Shown: positions 23,873 through 37,748, counted from the stretch's first letter. The stretch: DNA of 64,000 bases from Penicillus capitatus (GCA_965649825.1 OZ287696.1:477101-541100); one strand, 5' to 3'. A program made the numbers and translations. The notes: generated by a model from the letters alone, not told the origin.

Positions 23873-24163
23873 ATGCAAGCAGCCGCTCGACGTTTGGTGA
23901 CGCAAGGATGGCGTCAGGCGCAAAGACGCGTCTTCTCGGCGTCGGCCGGTAAAGAAGAACATCGGAAGCAAATGGATATGTGGCGTAACATTACCTATGT
24001 CGCTGTGGTCGGATGCGGGGCGTTGCTATTCTACACTTTCTCAAACGAGCATCCCCATCCAGAGAAGCCTCCTCCCTATCCCTATCTCCGAATTCGCAAC
24101 AAACCATTTCCATGGGGCGATTGCGGCCTTCTGGAGAGAGACTGCCCGAGTCGCGAGTCCTGA
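23873..24163 (+). CDS. COX6A: Cytochrome c oxidase subunit 6A
   Basis: Mitochondrial presequence, WRNITYVAV, one TM, and PPPYPYLRIRNKPFPWGDCGL. Confidence 0.92.
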   Translation: MQAAARRLVTQGWRQAQRRVFSASAGKEEHRKQMDMWRNITYVAVVGCGALLFYTFSNEHPHPEKPPPYPYLRIRNKPFPWGDCGLLERDCPSRES

Positions 24164-24492
24164 TGATGCATGTATGGACACATTACAACGCTTTTGTGGA
24201 AGATCCTTTGGTAACTGAACAAAACATGGACGATTACAATTGTGCGATCACGACGATGATGATCAGATCGACATCTAGAATAGAATCATGATGCGTTTGC
24301 CGTCGGATGCCCCAATTGCTTACTTTCGAGGTACTTCACTGGCATGGCCAAATCCCCCTGACCTCCCCGAAACGAATCTTCTCATCATTATTCGATGCAT
24401 GGCGCTGCATGCTTATTTCACGGCGACTTGGGCGCCGCTGGCCTGGTTGGCCGTTCATGACGACCTGATTTCTAAAGAACGATGAAAAAATG

Positions 24493-25944
24493 TCAACGCA
24501 TTTTCAGGGCGTATATGGATTCCTCTGCTGCTCTGTCCAGCGCATTCCTCGCCTCGGGCAGAGAGGTCAGTAGTGCCAGCATGCCCATTACTGTGCCTTT
24601 GTATGCCTGGCTAATTCTCCTTGAGAGTTTTCTGTCTCCACTCTCCTAATCCACATGCTCAGAGAACAGCGAAATATAAAAGTGTCATACTTCTGCCGCT
24701 GTCTTCAATTTCGTCTGGTATTTGTCGAAGACTCTTCTGACAAGTGGTTTCCAGATTCGACCACGGGCATTGACGAACCAGTTGTTAATCTGAGCGATCT
24801 TCAGACCTGTGGTAAGGCTCAAAGCCACTTTCTCCTGGCTGACAGGATAGGGCATCATTAAGTGCGACAGGAGCCATTCCTTCAATATGGCTGTTGTTTT
24901 CTTTGGCAAGTTTTCGCGTTTTGGGTGAACGCGGCGCTTCGTAGAAGGACGACAGAGTTGCCTCTGCTCTGTCTCTGCTATGCTTTGTAGTGGAAGCTCT
25001 GAGTAGATGTAAGACTGTCCTGAGAGCTGTGTGTGACAATGAGTGACATCCTTTGTTGGTTGAAGATGTCCACGGGGCGAAAGACAATGATTGACTGACC
25101 AATTTCGCCCATCATCGTCTCCACTCGATACGACAATGCTTCTGTGAAGTTGTCCCCCTCCTGCAGTGTAGTGCATTTGCGAATCCGCTGTCAGCCATTC
25201 TGGATTCTGCGTTTGGGTCATCAAGTGCGGTACTGTAGGTAACCGAGGCGGATTTGACATCCGTGCTCTCTCAAATGTCATGGAAGAGTGATGACCATAC
25301 ACTCCTCTGTTGCATCTCGCATTGGTGTATGGATCACACGGAGCTTCGGCAAGAAATTCTGCTGATCTATAAGTATTCCCTGTATCGTGCACAAAACGAA
25401 AAGGATTGACGTGAGGGTCTTGTCCCGTTGGAAACATCATCTAACATCGCAAGTGTCAATGCGCTGCTTGCTCTCTGCGGTATGCCTTACTTGTCGGTTC
25501 GATCCATTGTCATGCATTCTGTTGAGGGCTGTTCTGAATTCAGCATCGGCCATAGTGGCTCTTTTCGTATTTCGATGGCAAAGCATCTCATGCTCCACGT
25601 CGACAGAGCTTCTGTACGTGTCGCTAAGATCATCCGATGGACCCTCGGGTCTATTCATGATGCCTCGCACAGATCCAAAGACAGCCTGGTTCCCAACCCC
25701 TCTGTTGCTATTGGTGCGATAATCTGCCATTTCTGATCTTAAACGAATGCCATCTTGCAGTCTGCTGAAGTTCGGTAGATCGGTCATTGATGGCATTAGT
25801 TTCATCTTCAGAAAGGACTCCAGTCCATCCGTCATCGAGCTTCGTCTCATGGCGTTCGTTTCATCTGGAAGCACTGCAAAGCGAAACAGATGTCTGACAC
25901 CGGTGGATCAATAGGCTCAGCTTACCAGAATTATCCGACGTCAT
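24493..25944 (-). CDS. TALE-class (BELL-like) homeodomain transcription factor
   Basis: RENLPKKTTAILKEWLLSHLMMPYPVSQEKVALSLTTGLKIAQINNWFVNARGRIWKP with the PYP loop. Four-exon model MTSDNS|VLPDE...|MMFPTG...KTAAE|AYKGTV...LKMR*. Confidence 0.88.
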
Positions 25945-26744
25945 TGTACAGATCTTCCGTCGAGGTGTATTGGCAAGTGCGTCTACTCTGCAAATAAGGT
26001 AAGTGAGCAAAAGAGAAAAGAGGCCTCGCGCGCTACTCCGTCGTGCACGCCGCGACGACAGTAACCGCCGTCGTTCAAAACCGCTCACTAGCGTTATTGG
26101 TCGTACGCATATATAGTGAAAGTTTGTTTGTTCGCCAATTGCATTCGCGAACCTACTCTCTAGAGCGTGGGTTGTTAACCAGATATGTGGCCGTCGACGC
26201 CGAGAGATCAATTGGCGACAAGACAGCGAAAACAACACGACGCGGTGGACACTGACGGGCAGAACACGGCAACTGTACTGGTCGCCGCGGACGTGCGAGG
26301 CGACGAGTAGCACACGAACAAAGTTTCAGTCAGAAATGCATGACAGAGTCCACTGACCCCACGAAACGCTCAGGAAGGCATATCCTTCTCTGCGAAAAAG
26401 CATCGCACTATGTCTGCTTCTAGCAACGATCAACAAAAACAGTTACTAAGAACGCGCGCTCGGAAAACGAATCGACGCAACGTATGAAACCACGCGCTAC
26501 TGCAGAAATGTTGAGCTTATGGACAAGTACGCCTTCTGGCATTACCTCTCGATCGACTCAATGACGTTCGTTCGTAAAAAAGAAGACCCCGCAGTCACCG
26601 TCTTGTGCACGAAGCAAGTGCGTGTTCGCGAAGAAAGGCTATGCGTCAAGCTACACAGTGGTTGGTCCATGTCATGTCACGCCGGATTGCAACTGTCTAG
26701 ATCGATGTGACGTCAACGTCTACTGAACGACACCCGACTGATGC

Positions 26745-27205
26745 TTAAGATTTGAGCCAAGGCTTTCGCTTTGTATTTGAAAAGGGCGGCGCATCGACGC
26801 GGTCTTGGAATTCGATGACTTCGTTTCGGAGCAACGGCATCTCTCTAGAGCTCCTTGCTTTGGGATTTCGTCTCGTCTTGGATGGCACCTCCCTGCACTC
26901 ACAGTACATGCAGTGCGCCGAATTCCGACAGCGCTGTGTGGTGCCGAACCTCTTACGTGTCCCTTTGCCTATAGATGTCGCCAAAGCGCCGCCATCGTTA
27001 GGTCGAGCGGCGTTTATTTTCGTCTGTCGCCTTCTGTCGGCGGAAGTCGTTTCCTCTGCCTCTTGTTGTTTGCGCAAAGACAGAGCCTGTCATGTCATCT
27101 TCTCATGGTCTGGTATCGTCGCCTCGTTTTTACTTCTTTGCGTTCGGTTTGAAGACGACGCATGCGTCGCTCTATGGACTGACGCTTCTTTTCGATCTTT
27201 CCCAT
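26745..27205 (-). CDS. Small basic hypothetical protein (possibly CCDC137-like); exon structure uncertain
   Basis: MGKIEKKRQSIERRMRRLQTERKE|ALSLRKQQEAEE...RNEVIEFQDRVDAPPFSNTKRKPWLKS*. The resemblance to a 'V.F.E.V.APP' motif is weak. Confidence 0.45.
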
Positions 27206-27265
27206 CGAATACCATTCACATGCAACCGACGTACAAAATCACCACCATTACAAATTCAAAAAATG

Positions 27266-28086
27266 TCATCCTTTAGCCGCAGCAAAACGTTGCTCGACGT
27301 CATGCCAGTTGACCACCTTCCAGATGGCCTTCAAATAATCCGGCCGGACATTTTTGTACTGCAAGTAATAGGCGTGTTCCCACACATCCACACCCAACAA
27401 TGGCACGAGTACCTGGACCAAATGCGTTTCTTACTATCTATGAGAGATGACAGAGATGTTAAGTACTTTGCCTTTGATGGTGAGAGGGTCTTGGTTGGCA
27501 CGTGTTTCGATGACTAGATTTTGGCTCTCTTTACTGTAGGCCAACCATCCCCATCCTGACCCTTGTACTGCTGCTGTTTTTGCGCTGAATTCCGTGATGA
27601 ATTTTTCCAAGCTTCCGAATCGTGCATTCACGGCGGCGGCCAGTTCTCCTTCCGGAGGGCGGAACTTCTGCAGACATACCATCCATCCTTATCAACACAA
27701 GACAGGACATGTATTTTCGCCTCTCACCGAAGGTGGGCATAGATTTGTCCAGAAGATGCTGTGGTTCACATGACCTATAGAGTGAGTGGCCTTAGATCAT
27801 GCTTCTGTGCGAGAATAGAGTGACCTCCTCCATTGAACTGAACTGCCGAATTGAGGGCAATGACAGTTTCGATGTCACGCGCTGCCGCTGCCTCGTTCTG
27901 TTTCTCGAGCGCCGCATTCAGATTCTTCACATACGTTGCGTGATGTTTGCTGTGATGCAGTTCCATGATCTCCCCGGAGATGACCGGCTCGAGTTCTCCG
28001 TAGCCGTAAGGCAGATCTGGCAACGTGTACGTTGCGATGCACCGCCTTTGAGCGCTGCTGAGACAGCATCCAAAGCGTCGAAGCAT
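27266..28086 (-). CDS. MSD: Manganese superoxide dismutase, mitochondrial
   Basis: [31 protein letters not shown]|[43 protein letters not shown] and QD are Mn-type determinants. Confidence 0.96.
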
Positions 28087-28110
28087 TTTGCGTCAGATCA
28101 ATGATGGTAC

Positions 28111-28730
28111 ATGGGCACGTTTTGGCAAATAATGAAGTGCCAAAATCTCGTTTGGTCACTGCAGAACTCCACGTCTGGCGTCAAAGGCAGGCGTCGCATC
28201 CTGTGTCGACAGCGAAGATGGCATTGGAGAACACGCCGCTGCGTTCGCTTCCCGGCAGCTTCCGCATCGGCGTCCGACGACATGCGAAGGCCACGTACGT
28301 CACGGGAAAGAGATTCGGAGCATTTAGAGTTGCTTTGGGGAGTAACGAAGGTCAGGAGACCTGATCTGCCCAGGACAAATGCCTCGACATGTCAGCTGTT
28401 TAGCGCGGGAAGCCACGCATGTGTGAATGCTGCCGTGGACAGGGAACACAGGAATGCAGTTTTTGCAACGGAACAGGTATTTAGGCCCTGTGTCTTACCT
28501 CTCATCTATAGAGATCGCGATGTCCAGGTGTGATGACAGTTGGCGAGACATTGTACTGTAGCTGGGAGTCGTGTACAGAATGCCCTGTCTGTAAAGCAAA
28601 GGCATGGCCTATTCGTTACCTGTGTACAGGAAGAGCGTCTGTTGCCGTTTAGGGAGTTGTAAAATGCAAGCACTGTCAAGGAACGGGTTATCGGGCGGCA
28701 TGGATGGAGAGATCCAAATGTACCGACTGA
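28111..28730 (+). CDS. DnaJ-type zinc-finger (CxxCxGxG) protein, probably plastid-targeted (start 28111 or 28132)
   Basis: Four repeats CECCRGQG, CSFCNGTG, CPVCKAKG and CKHCQGTG, then GYRAAWM. The third intron is GC-AG (28602-28652). Confidence 0.85.
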
Positions 28731-28933
28731 CTCAAGAGTGAGACAAACCCATACGTTTTCTTTCTTCCCAACAAAATGATCAGCGAAGACGGGGAGATCT
28801 GTATGAAGTTCAACGTGTATGATATGACGCGGAACAGCCATTCTCTGTGAATGATTTCATTTGCGTTCGCAACTTCGTCCGGCGTTGCGTCTGAGCCGTT
28901 TTACCGAGGAATCGTTGCCGATAGTCGATAGCC

Positions 28934-30023
28934 ATGGCTTCCGTACCGTCAAGCGAGAAGGGGTCCGAAGATTCGGCGTGTGCTGAGCTCCCGGAGAGCG
29001 ACACTCCTGGACCGTCTTCCACAAGCGTGGGAAGCGAGATTAAACCACAAAAGGAGTTCTTTGTTCACAAAGTGCCTTTGCTTCGGTTTTGCTAATCTCC
29101 GCAATGAAATATATGACCAGGTCTTGAAACATGACACACTGGCAGGTCTGGCTGTCCGCTATGGTCTCTCGGTAAGAAGACAGACACTAGAGTCGGGATG
29201 GCAACGGTGATTGGCTGTCAGGTGTTTGATATTAAGAAGGCTAACGGACTGGTGTCAGAAAGGGGGATCTATGCACGCGAGACATTAATCATACCATTGC
29301 ATCCATCCAGTGACATGGGGTGTGTCTGCTTTCATGTACAGAGAGAGGAAGAGTGATGTCTGAGATGCTGTTCAGGAAATTAGACCATGAGATTTCGCAG
29401 GAATGGATAGGAATGTCATCCGTCGATGCATTCAAGGGATCTTTTCAGCCATCCACTTCCAGACAGCCATATCCTCTATGCACTAGACCCTATCGGAGTG
29501 AGGTCATTGGGTTTGGGAGAAAAGTGTGAGAGCTGTTATAGGCACACTATCATGGAGCGGATTGCTTGATGATCAGGAAATGCGATCCGTGTCCGAAATT
29601 GAGTTAGAAACGTTGGACGATGACAGACAACATCAGCGGTCAAACGATGCATCGTGGCCGTGGAGGAATACAAGTTTTGAAAGGAATAGGAGTGTCTATG
29701 TACCGTCGTCTCCCGCTGCTCTCATGCGGAATTCGCAGCCTCAGAAATCAGCGACAATTTCTGAATACCTGACATCGATGGCGACGTCCTTTATCAAAAC
29801 GACAGAACAGTTATTCAGTAGTCATCCCTCCCCGACAGGACATCCGTCAAAATCTGCGACACTGTTTGAGAAATTAAAGAAAGCAGCATCGAGGACAACG
29901 CTGTATGAGAGTTTAGCAGGACAGGCGCCGGAAGAGCCGAGGCAGCAAGCGGAGCGTTTGAGACCCAAAGGAGCAACAGAAGGGAATTTATCTGGAGCAA
30001 AAGATCTGTCAAAAATGGATTGA
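28934..30023 (+). CDS. Intracellular LysM-domain protein with a long Ser-rich C-terminus
   Basis: Spliced FFVHK|VLKHDTLAGLAVRYGLS|VFDIKKANGLVSERGIYARETLIIP. No signal peptide. Confidence 0.85.
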
Positions 30024-30199
30024 ATAACACACAAGAGACGAAAGGGGCTGCTGCGCAATAAAGCTTCCTCATTGGCAACAAGGATCATTTGCTTCTATAC
30101 CAGGCTTTCAAATTCAATCGACCCAACCATCCCTTGTAATAACTGTCGCTGTATGTCATGGACACTGAGGGGGAGGATGTTTGCCGATGGCTGTCACAG

Positions 30200-33100
30200 T
30201 TAAGCAAAAAGACTGTACTCGTGGTCAAGTCCCAGATAGCAATCGGATACAAGGAACAGCTCAATATGCTCTGTATTCGTTGATGCTTCTTTAAAGAATT
30301 TGAGCTTCACCGATCGCTTCACATTGTCCGGAATCGAAACGCGTTTCAGGACGAGCAGTTCACCCGTTGCTCGATCTCCAATGACACACCACCAGCTCTC
30401 ATCTTTGATCTTAGGAAAACGCGGAGCAAAGGCCGTGCCAATGGGTTTCTCACTCTTTCGCAGACGCCTGACGGTTAACTGCAATTCGACGAAATGTGTG
30501 AGCAGAGGCGGCGCATCGTTATCTGTGCCTTCATGCTGAACATCCTGTGGCTGACGTATGACTTTGGGCCTTCTGAAATCGACAGTCACCGATGGAAGAC
30601 GACGACACATCTAAGCAGGACAAAATGATAAAGAGTGAGAAAAGTGTGATCGATCGGACCTCGATGGCCTGTTGCGTCGGTCGTTCATCAATGATGGGCG
30701 TCAGAATCTGAAGGAGAATATCCACCTTGCGCTCCACAACTGCAATCATTTCGGAAACACTCTCTATCCCTGCAGAAGCGAGCGCTGCCACACACTGTTC
30801 TGTGAGATGTGGCACTGTAAGTAGACTACTGGCATCGAACCAACGTGCCTGAATAACAGACGTCACATAGATGATTGGAGAATTCAGTCAGACCTGCATA
30901 AGGGACTGGATAAGTCGCATGATCGAGAGGGCAGTGTTGAGCCATCCAGCATCGGCTGCAATGTCCACCATTGCTTGCAGCAGACGCAGACTGTTGTCCA
31001 ATGCTCCCTTCGTATCTGTGACGTAGTCCGTAATCGGAACGGGCAATCGGGAGAGGTGTGCTTGAAGCAGAAGATTTGTCTTTGTGTGTGCATCCCCAAT
31101 CGTTGCCATATCCACTGGCCAACGCACGTCCTCTGCTAACAACATATTCAATTTGTCTTCGTTGTGACGCACAGGCAGATCATCATACTCAGCTGCGTGG
31201 CACAGAATCTAACAGCATCACATGTCACGAGGCGAAGGCCTTGGCACTGGGATGAAGAGCTGACATGCAGGATGGATGACATGTCGTTGTTGGAATTGAG
31301 ATTCTGCGAAATCATGGCCATCGTTTCGTGTTTTATATAGAAGAAGGATGCAATTCTGCCCATTGTGAGAGACTGCAAGGAGCCATCCTCTTCCACTTTG
31401 AGACATCCAGCATTCTCCAGTGTCCCGCAAACGTTTTCTACCATGTCTGAGAGAAACATGTTGATATCGTTGGCATCTGTGCTGTCCAACGAATAGAATG
31501 AAGGATTTCGAAGGAGTCGGCGAAAAAAGTACGTCCAGGTCAAGTAATCCACAGCATCTTGCTTCGATGCAATCGTCCCTGCCACGATCTCTGCATTCAA
31601 ATGATCAGATACCTAAAAACAACCCTTTGCCTATCGGTGCAGGATGAGATGGCTTAACATGTTCCGGCAACGAAGATTCCACCGGAAAAGGCTCGTAGAG
31701 GAATTTTTTGTAGAAGGGCTTCTTGGGTTCATGTACCATAATGACTGCCACTCCATGGGCATCATACTGAGGCCGTCCAGCACGACCCATCATCTGAAGG
31801 ATATCTGTGATTGGCATATCGACATAGCGATGTGTTGGGGCATCGAAATATTCCGTCCCCTAGGTTTACGCATATAAGCAGAGAGGCAAGAAGAGATGTA
31901 TGTGTGAGACCTTGATGATGACGAGATGGGTGGGTGTGTTCACACCCCAGGCCAGTGTCGATGTTGCCACCAAGACCTGGATCTTTTGTTCGACAAAGAG
32001 TCGCTCGACAATCGACCGGTCCTTATTGTTCAGTCCAGCGTGATGCATGCCAATGCCAAACTGCAATGTGTGCTTCAAACTTGCATCCTGGACACAGTGC
32101 TCTGTAGAAAACAGATGCAGTCGGGCGGCGTCTTGCTTTGATATGTTCCAGAACTTCTGTCGTCTCCGATTCATCGAGTTGCAGAAATTGCTGTGGGCGT
32201 TGATCTGCTGCGGCAAAGGCAATGAGATCCAATGCTGTTAGCCGCGTTTGACGGCGACTTGAGACAAACACCAGAACAGGCTTTGTCGGAGAGTGCAGTT
32301 GTATGGCTGCGTAAGCAGGCTTGTTCATGGATGCCATTCTCGGACAGTAGAACTTCCCTGTCACATTCAAGCCCATCGATCCATGAACGATGACGGTTAA
32401 GGAGTCAGTCACCTGCGAATCCCTGAATGTGACATTCAAGGGGAACAGGACGGACAGATGGACGAAAATTGAAGAGGCCCTCTTCTTCGACGCCCATCCA
32501 TTCTGCCACATCTGGAGCATTGGCAAGTGCTGTACTTAAGCCCATGATGCGAATGGATGTCTTCATTTGAGAGGCGATGTAACGCATGCGTGAGACGATG
32601 ACTTCGATGATCGGCCCACGATCGGCGCCCAGCAAATGGATTTCGTCAATCACCATCAGTCCCACTTTGCGGACATAGGAACGTGACTGCCAGTTGCGCG
32701 AAATCCCGTCCCACTTCTCAGGTGTCGCAATGATGATATTGGCTGCGCTCAATGATCTAGAAACGATGTGACGTTGGTTCTTGATCTTCAGAGCTGAAAA
32801 AGAGTGACTTGATATCTGGTGTGTAATCTCCTGTCAATTCGATCATCTTCTTGTCGAGGAGCGGACAGAGTTTGTTTCCCCAATCATCTAACCGTTCTCT
32901 GACGAGTGCCTTCAGCGGTGCAATGTACACGACTCTCTGATCCGAATGAAGAGTAAAGAGCCTCAACATCGCCAACTCTGCAGAGATTGTCTTCCCTGAG
33001 CCCGTCGGCGCTCCCAGCAGCACATTCTGATTGGTGTGATATAGTGTATGAAACACCTGGGTCTGGATCGGATTAAAATGCGAGAAACTAAGAGACAGCG

Positions 33101-36100
33101 GTGATTGTACGAAAGGATCGCCCATACTTACCTGTACAAAGACTCATAGACGGGGTTCTTGAGCACACTCACAGGGAGAGGATCTAGATCCAGGAGTTCT
33201 GTATGTGAAGGCATGGATTGCGGTAGAATCATGGTCTTGAACGAGATCGGCATGAATGCTTCGGAGCCCAGCCAGGTGTCATGTATCACACGGACAATGT
33301 ACTGTGTGGGCAGAGGTTGGACGATTGGAATAGCAAAGGTCATTCGATGGACGCCCTCTCTCATCATGTTCCGTGTCAGGATCCACGATTCTTGATGATA
33401 AATAATCTCCGTTTCGGTATCGACGACCCATACAAGCCACTTCATCTGATTTCCATGATGCTTCTCCTGTACATAAGAAAAAGGTCACATCACCTAGGAA
33501 TGATCCCGGGGTAGGGCATACCTGCCATCTAAATGTTGGCATCAGTTCGAGGCGGACTTGAACGACCGTTGACGTAATGGGCTGCATTTGGCCATGCAGT
33601 TCCAGAGATGGAAAAAACGCCAGGCATTCCTGTATGACAATCCCAGCAGAGGGATGATTGAGGAGTCTCTGGACCTCAGCCGATTCCAAATCCGCTAGAT
33701 CGTCAAGCGACATCTTCTTCTTCTCCAGTTTGTTTGCCAGGCTCTCTGGCAGCAGAGGACTGAACTGCCTCAGTGGATGCATATGTGGCCAAATCTTCCT
33801 CTCCAGAGCTTTGCATAGATCCAGCAATGTCACGGCAGATGTGCTCCATCCACGTTTCATACAGATCTCAAACAACGCTCGGCAAATGCGTGGGGCATTC
33901 TGTGAGATGTACATCATATCGGCGACGAGGGAAAAGGCTTCCACTGTTTGGTGTGAGACATAGGTCTGAATCAGAACATTGACCTTTCCAGGGGGCTCCT
34001 CCACGGCATCCCTCACGGCAAACGGACACCCTTGCATAAGTTGTTCGAGCTCCTGCAGCTCCTCCTCTCGCACCATGATGTTCTCGAACTCATGGCACTC
34101 TGAAATCAGGGCCAAGATCTCAGAAGTGCTCATGCTATTGTGCAGCGTCTCGTTGAAATGGTGGATGGATTCATGGTGGATGTAGAAATGACTGGCGATT
34201 CTGCCCTGTTCGGTGACGTAAAGCTGTCCAGATCTGCCATCGAATCGCGACATACGGCAACGATTGAGTTCTTTTGCAGCTTGAATGATCAGATCCCTTC
34301 GGTGCTCTTCGAGATGCCGATCTGCCATGACACTTTCCCAGGTGATCCCATAGACCAAAGGATTTTGAACAGAGCGGATGTGCATGTAGGTATAAGACAG
34401 CCAAGCAGATGCTTCCTTGATATTGGAGACAGTGCCCAAGACAATCTCTGCATTCAGATGATCGACAAGACCTGAAGCAAAATGCGATTCGATTGGGACT
34501 CTCGATGTCAACATTCCTGAAACGTCACATCACATGGCCATGGTCTCAGCATAAGGTCCGCACCTAAGTAGTCTGCAAGTTTTGCATGCGTTGTGATGAT
34601 GATGCCTTCTCCTGTCACATCAAATTGCGGCCGACCAGCACGGCCAAAGATCTGTTGGACGTCCAAAAGGCCGATATCTGTAAACTTCCCCTGCTGGGCG
34701 TCATAGAGCTGAGTGCCTTTGATGATGACGGTATGGGCTGGTAAGTTTACGCCCCAAGCCAATGTCGCTGTACAGCAGAGGACTTTGATACGTCCCTTTG
34801 AGAAATTCCTCTCCATCAGATTCCGATCCGATCTCAACATTCCGGCATGGTGTATCCCGATCCCTGCACATAGAGACAGCTTCGTCTCAGCTTCTATTCT
34901 CTCATGGACCAACCTGAAGAAAAGAGTTCCACCATCTCTCTGTTCCTGGATTTCTGGATCTCTTTCTTGACCAGAGGGTAGATCTCTTTGTCTTCGCACG
35001 AGAAGAGCTGCGTGTAATTTCTGCCTTGACTCGTCTCTGCCAAGAAACGACCCGTTTTGCCTGTCTCCTTGCGCGAATGAACAAATACCATTGCCTGTTT
35101 TCCTTTCCTTAAGGCATCGACGACCTGAACATCAGCTGTCTATACAGTACTGTTTGGATGGTAATACGGGAGACTTTGAGAAAGCAGATCTCATTCATGA
35201 GATTGTTGCGTCGTACGAATTGGGGCTCGGTCACACCTAGAAACTGCATAGCCAGGGGGACAGGACGATAGGAGGCATCAAAAAAGAACAATCCAGTCTC
35301 CAGATTCACGGCAAGGAACTGCGCAACATCTTTGTAGTTGGGCAGCGTTGCAGAGAGTCCAACAATACGAATCATGCTCTGCGAGACTTCGACCTGCAGG
35401 ACACTGTAGAGACAGGCACTTGAAGCTGGCTGGAAGCTGTACTTGACGCAAGGTACGAGCGACGATGGTCTCAATCACTGGCCCACGACTGTCGTTGAGC
35501 AGGTGGACTTCATCAATGATCAGGAGCTTCACAAGAGATGAAATATCCACTTCTCCGCCCTTTCGAGTAATGACATCCCACTTCTCAGGAGTGCTGACAA
35601 TCATCTGCGTTTCTGCAAGTTCCTTCTTGCTCAGCTGCATGTCTCCTGTCCATTCTTTCACTGTCAGGCCAAGCGGTGCCAGTCTCTTGGAGAACGTGGC
35701 CGTCATCTCAGCTGCCAACGCTTTCATCGGAGCAATGTAAATAATCTTGAAGGCCGATTTCTGTACGACACCATGCTGAATGTGCTGTCCAATCTCTCTC
35801 AATACAGTGATCATGGCAATGTTTGTCTTTCCTGCTCCAGTTGGAGCGCAGACAAGAAGATTCTCATTCGAGTGAAAAGCTGCTGGGAAGATTCGGCTCT
35901 GAATTCGATTGAGTGATGTGTACCCCTCGAAAGCTAATTGGGCCCAATCCTTCAGGTCTGCAATTTGAACGAGAACATCCTCTGCCTTTGGCTTTGCCCT
36001 GACTGCCGGAATACTGATCTCTTCGTAGCCTTTGAGAACTCTGCAGAGAAGCCAGTTGTGGCAGAAATGCCTTGTATGGATGGATCACCTCCGCACAGAT

Positions 36101-37748
36101 CCTTCTGGCAGAATGCCGCCTGCTCCTCGTTGTGCATGTGCACTGATCATATCGTCATCAAACATCCAGACCTTGGAGCTTGTGTCAGCTGCCAACAATG
36201 CCTCAAACCCCGCTTCGAATAGCCACTCCAAATCTTTGCCTGCACCAATGAACAGCTGGGATCGATCCTCAATGCAATACAATGTTGATCATCTCACCAA
36301 TCACCCCTTTCGCTTTCCTGCGATCCTTGAGCTCCCTTTTCTTCTGTCTTTTCTCCGAGGCCGTCGTGATCGAGAACGAAGTGCCGTGCATTGGATTCCG
36401 TTCAGATGCCTCCATGCTTCGGGCTTTCTGTATCCCCTCACTGATGACCGTTATTAAACCATCGCGGTTCTCAGTGAGACGTTGGATCAGAGAAAAGTGC
36501 TCCCAGCCAATCAGCTCTCCCACTTCGTTCGCCAACAGATCACCTGTCCCATTGTCTTCAATGAGCAAGCGACCTCTACGTGAGATGAGGAACGTAACTG
36601 GACCCCGTTGTCAGCAGAGCACTGCACATCGCGATGGGCAGATCGGAATTCCGCGTTTCCGTCGCCTTTTCCACTTGATCGCACCAATCCTGTAGCCATT
36701 TGATATTTATCGTCTCCTGCCTGTGACGTCTCTCTGAAGATTCCTCGCTTTCGGCCACCGTTGTCTGTTTTGGATACAATTGATGATGATCATCGACGCC
36801 CAAATTGCCGGTGCCTTTGTCGAATGCTCTGGAAACGTCTTCGATCGAGGCAGGGTGATGTGGATCGGGTTTTGGCTCGAAGGCCTTAACACTCTCCTCA
36901 ACTGTCAGGCACTTCAGTATCAGCCCATCTCCTTATACCGTTCCTCACCTTCCTCTTCTGTCACCCCGGCCGCGGAGAGAATTCTGTCCCTTGTGGCGCC
37001 ATCGTAGACAGGATCTCTGTACACCATATCCCATCCAAACTCACGATCCAATGCAACAGGTTCCTCTTCACTCTCCTCTCGCAGTCTCGTCTCGATGCCG
37101 TTCCGTTCGCAGAGATCTCTGAGATGATCATAGGACGACAGCATTTCATGGGCGGCCGTTTCTTCGATGACGCCAATTCTCTCTTTCAGCACAGCCTTCC
37201 ATGTTTGCACTGCTGCTTCGTTGCCTCTTTGGCAAGACTCTTTCGACATAGAGTGGGACAGAGACACATCCCAGACAACCGATGCGTATTCCTGCAGTTC
37301 TTCTGATGCCAAATCTGCCTTTAACAAATGTCCGACGCTCTATACACATGCACTCGTATCGATGGATGGTCACTCTTTTGAAAGACCTGCAGGAATCGCT
37401 CATAGGCTTCTCGGCATTCCTTGGAAGCTACGGAGAAACGACATCACACCTGTCTTGTCATCATCATTGCCTGATCGTTTTTCTTACTTGTCTCCCATTG
37501 ATGAAACAATCGAAGAGCGAGTCCTGTGCGTCCCAACACTCTGCGCTCTGTCGTCTGGCGTCTCTGGAGCTCTGTCCGACGCATCACGTACTCGGCATCC
37601 ACATCTAACACACCACCCTTCTCGGTCGCGTAGGCACGCAGCATCGTCGTCAGTCGCGGAGCCTAAACCAACGTCCATGTAAGCACAAGCACCATCAATG
37701 CTCACACACTTCATTCTCTGCCAGGCAGAATGTCAAAAGCCCTTCCAT
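30200..37748 (-). CDS. ASCC3: ASCC3/Slh1-type Ski2-like helicase with two helicase-Sec63 cassettes (plant DExH14 type); start approximate
   Basis: Two Walker A motifs ([16 protein letters not shown]), IIDEVHLL and [31 protein letters not shown] and [12 protein letters not shown], Sec63 segments. The N-terminal [10 protein letters not shown]...[13 protein letters not shown] and NIKWLQDWC match DExH14 rather than Brr2. Confidence 0.93.
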
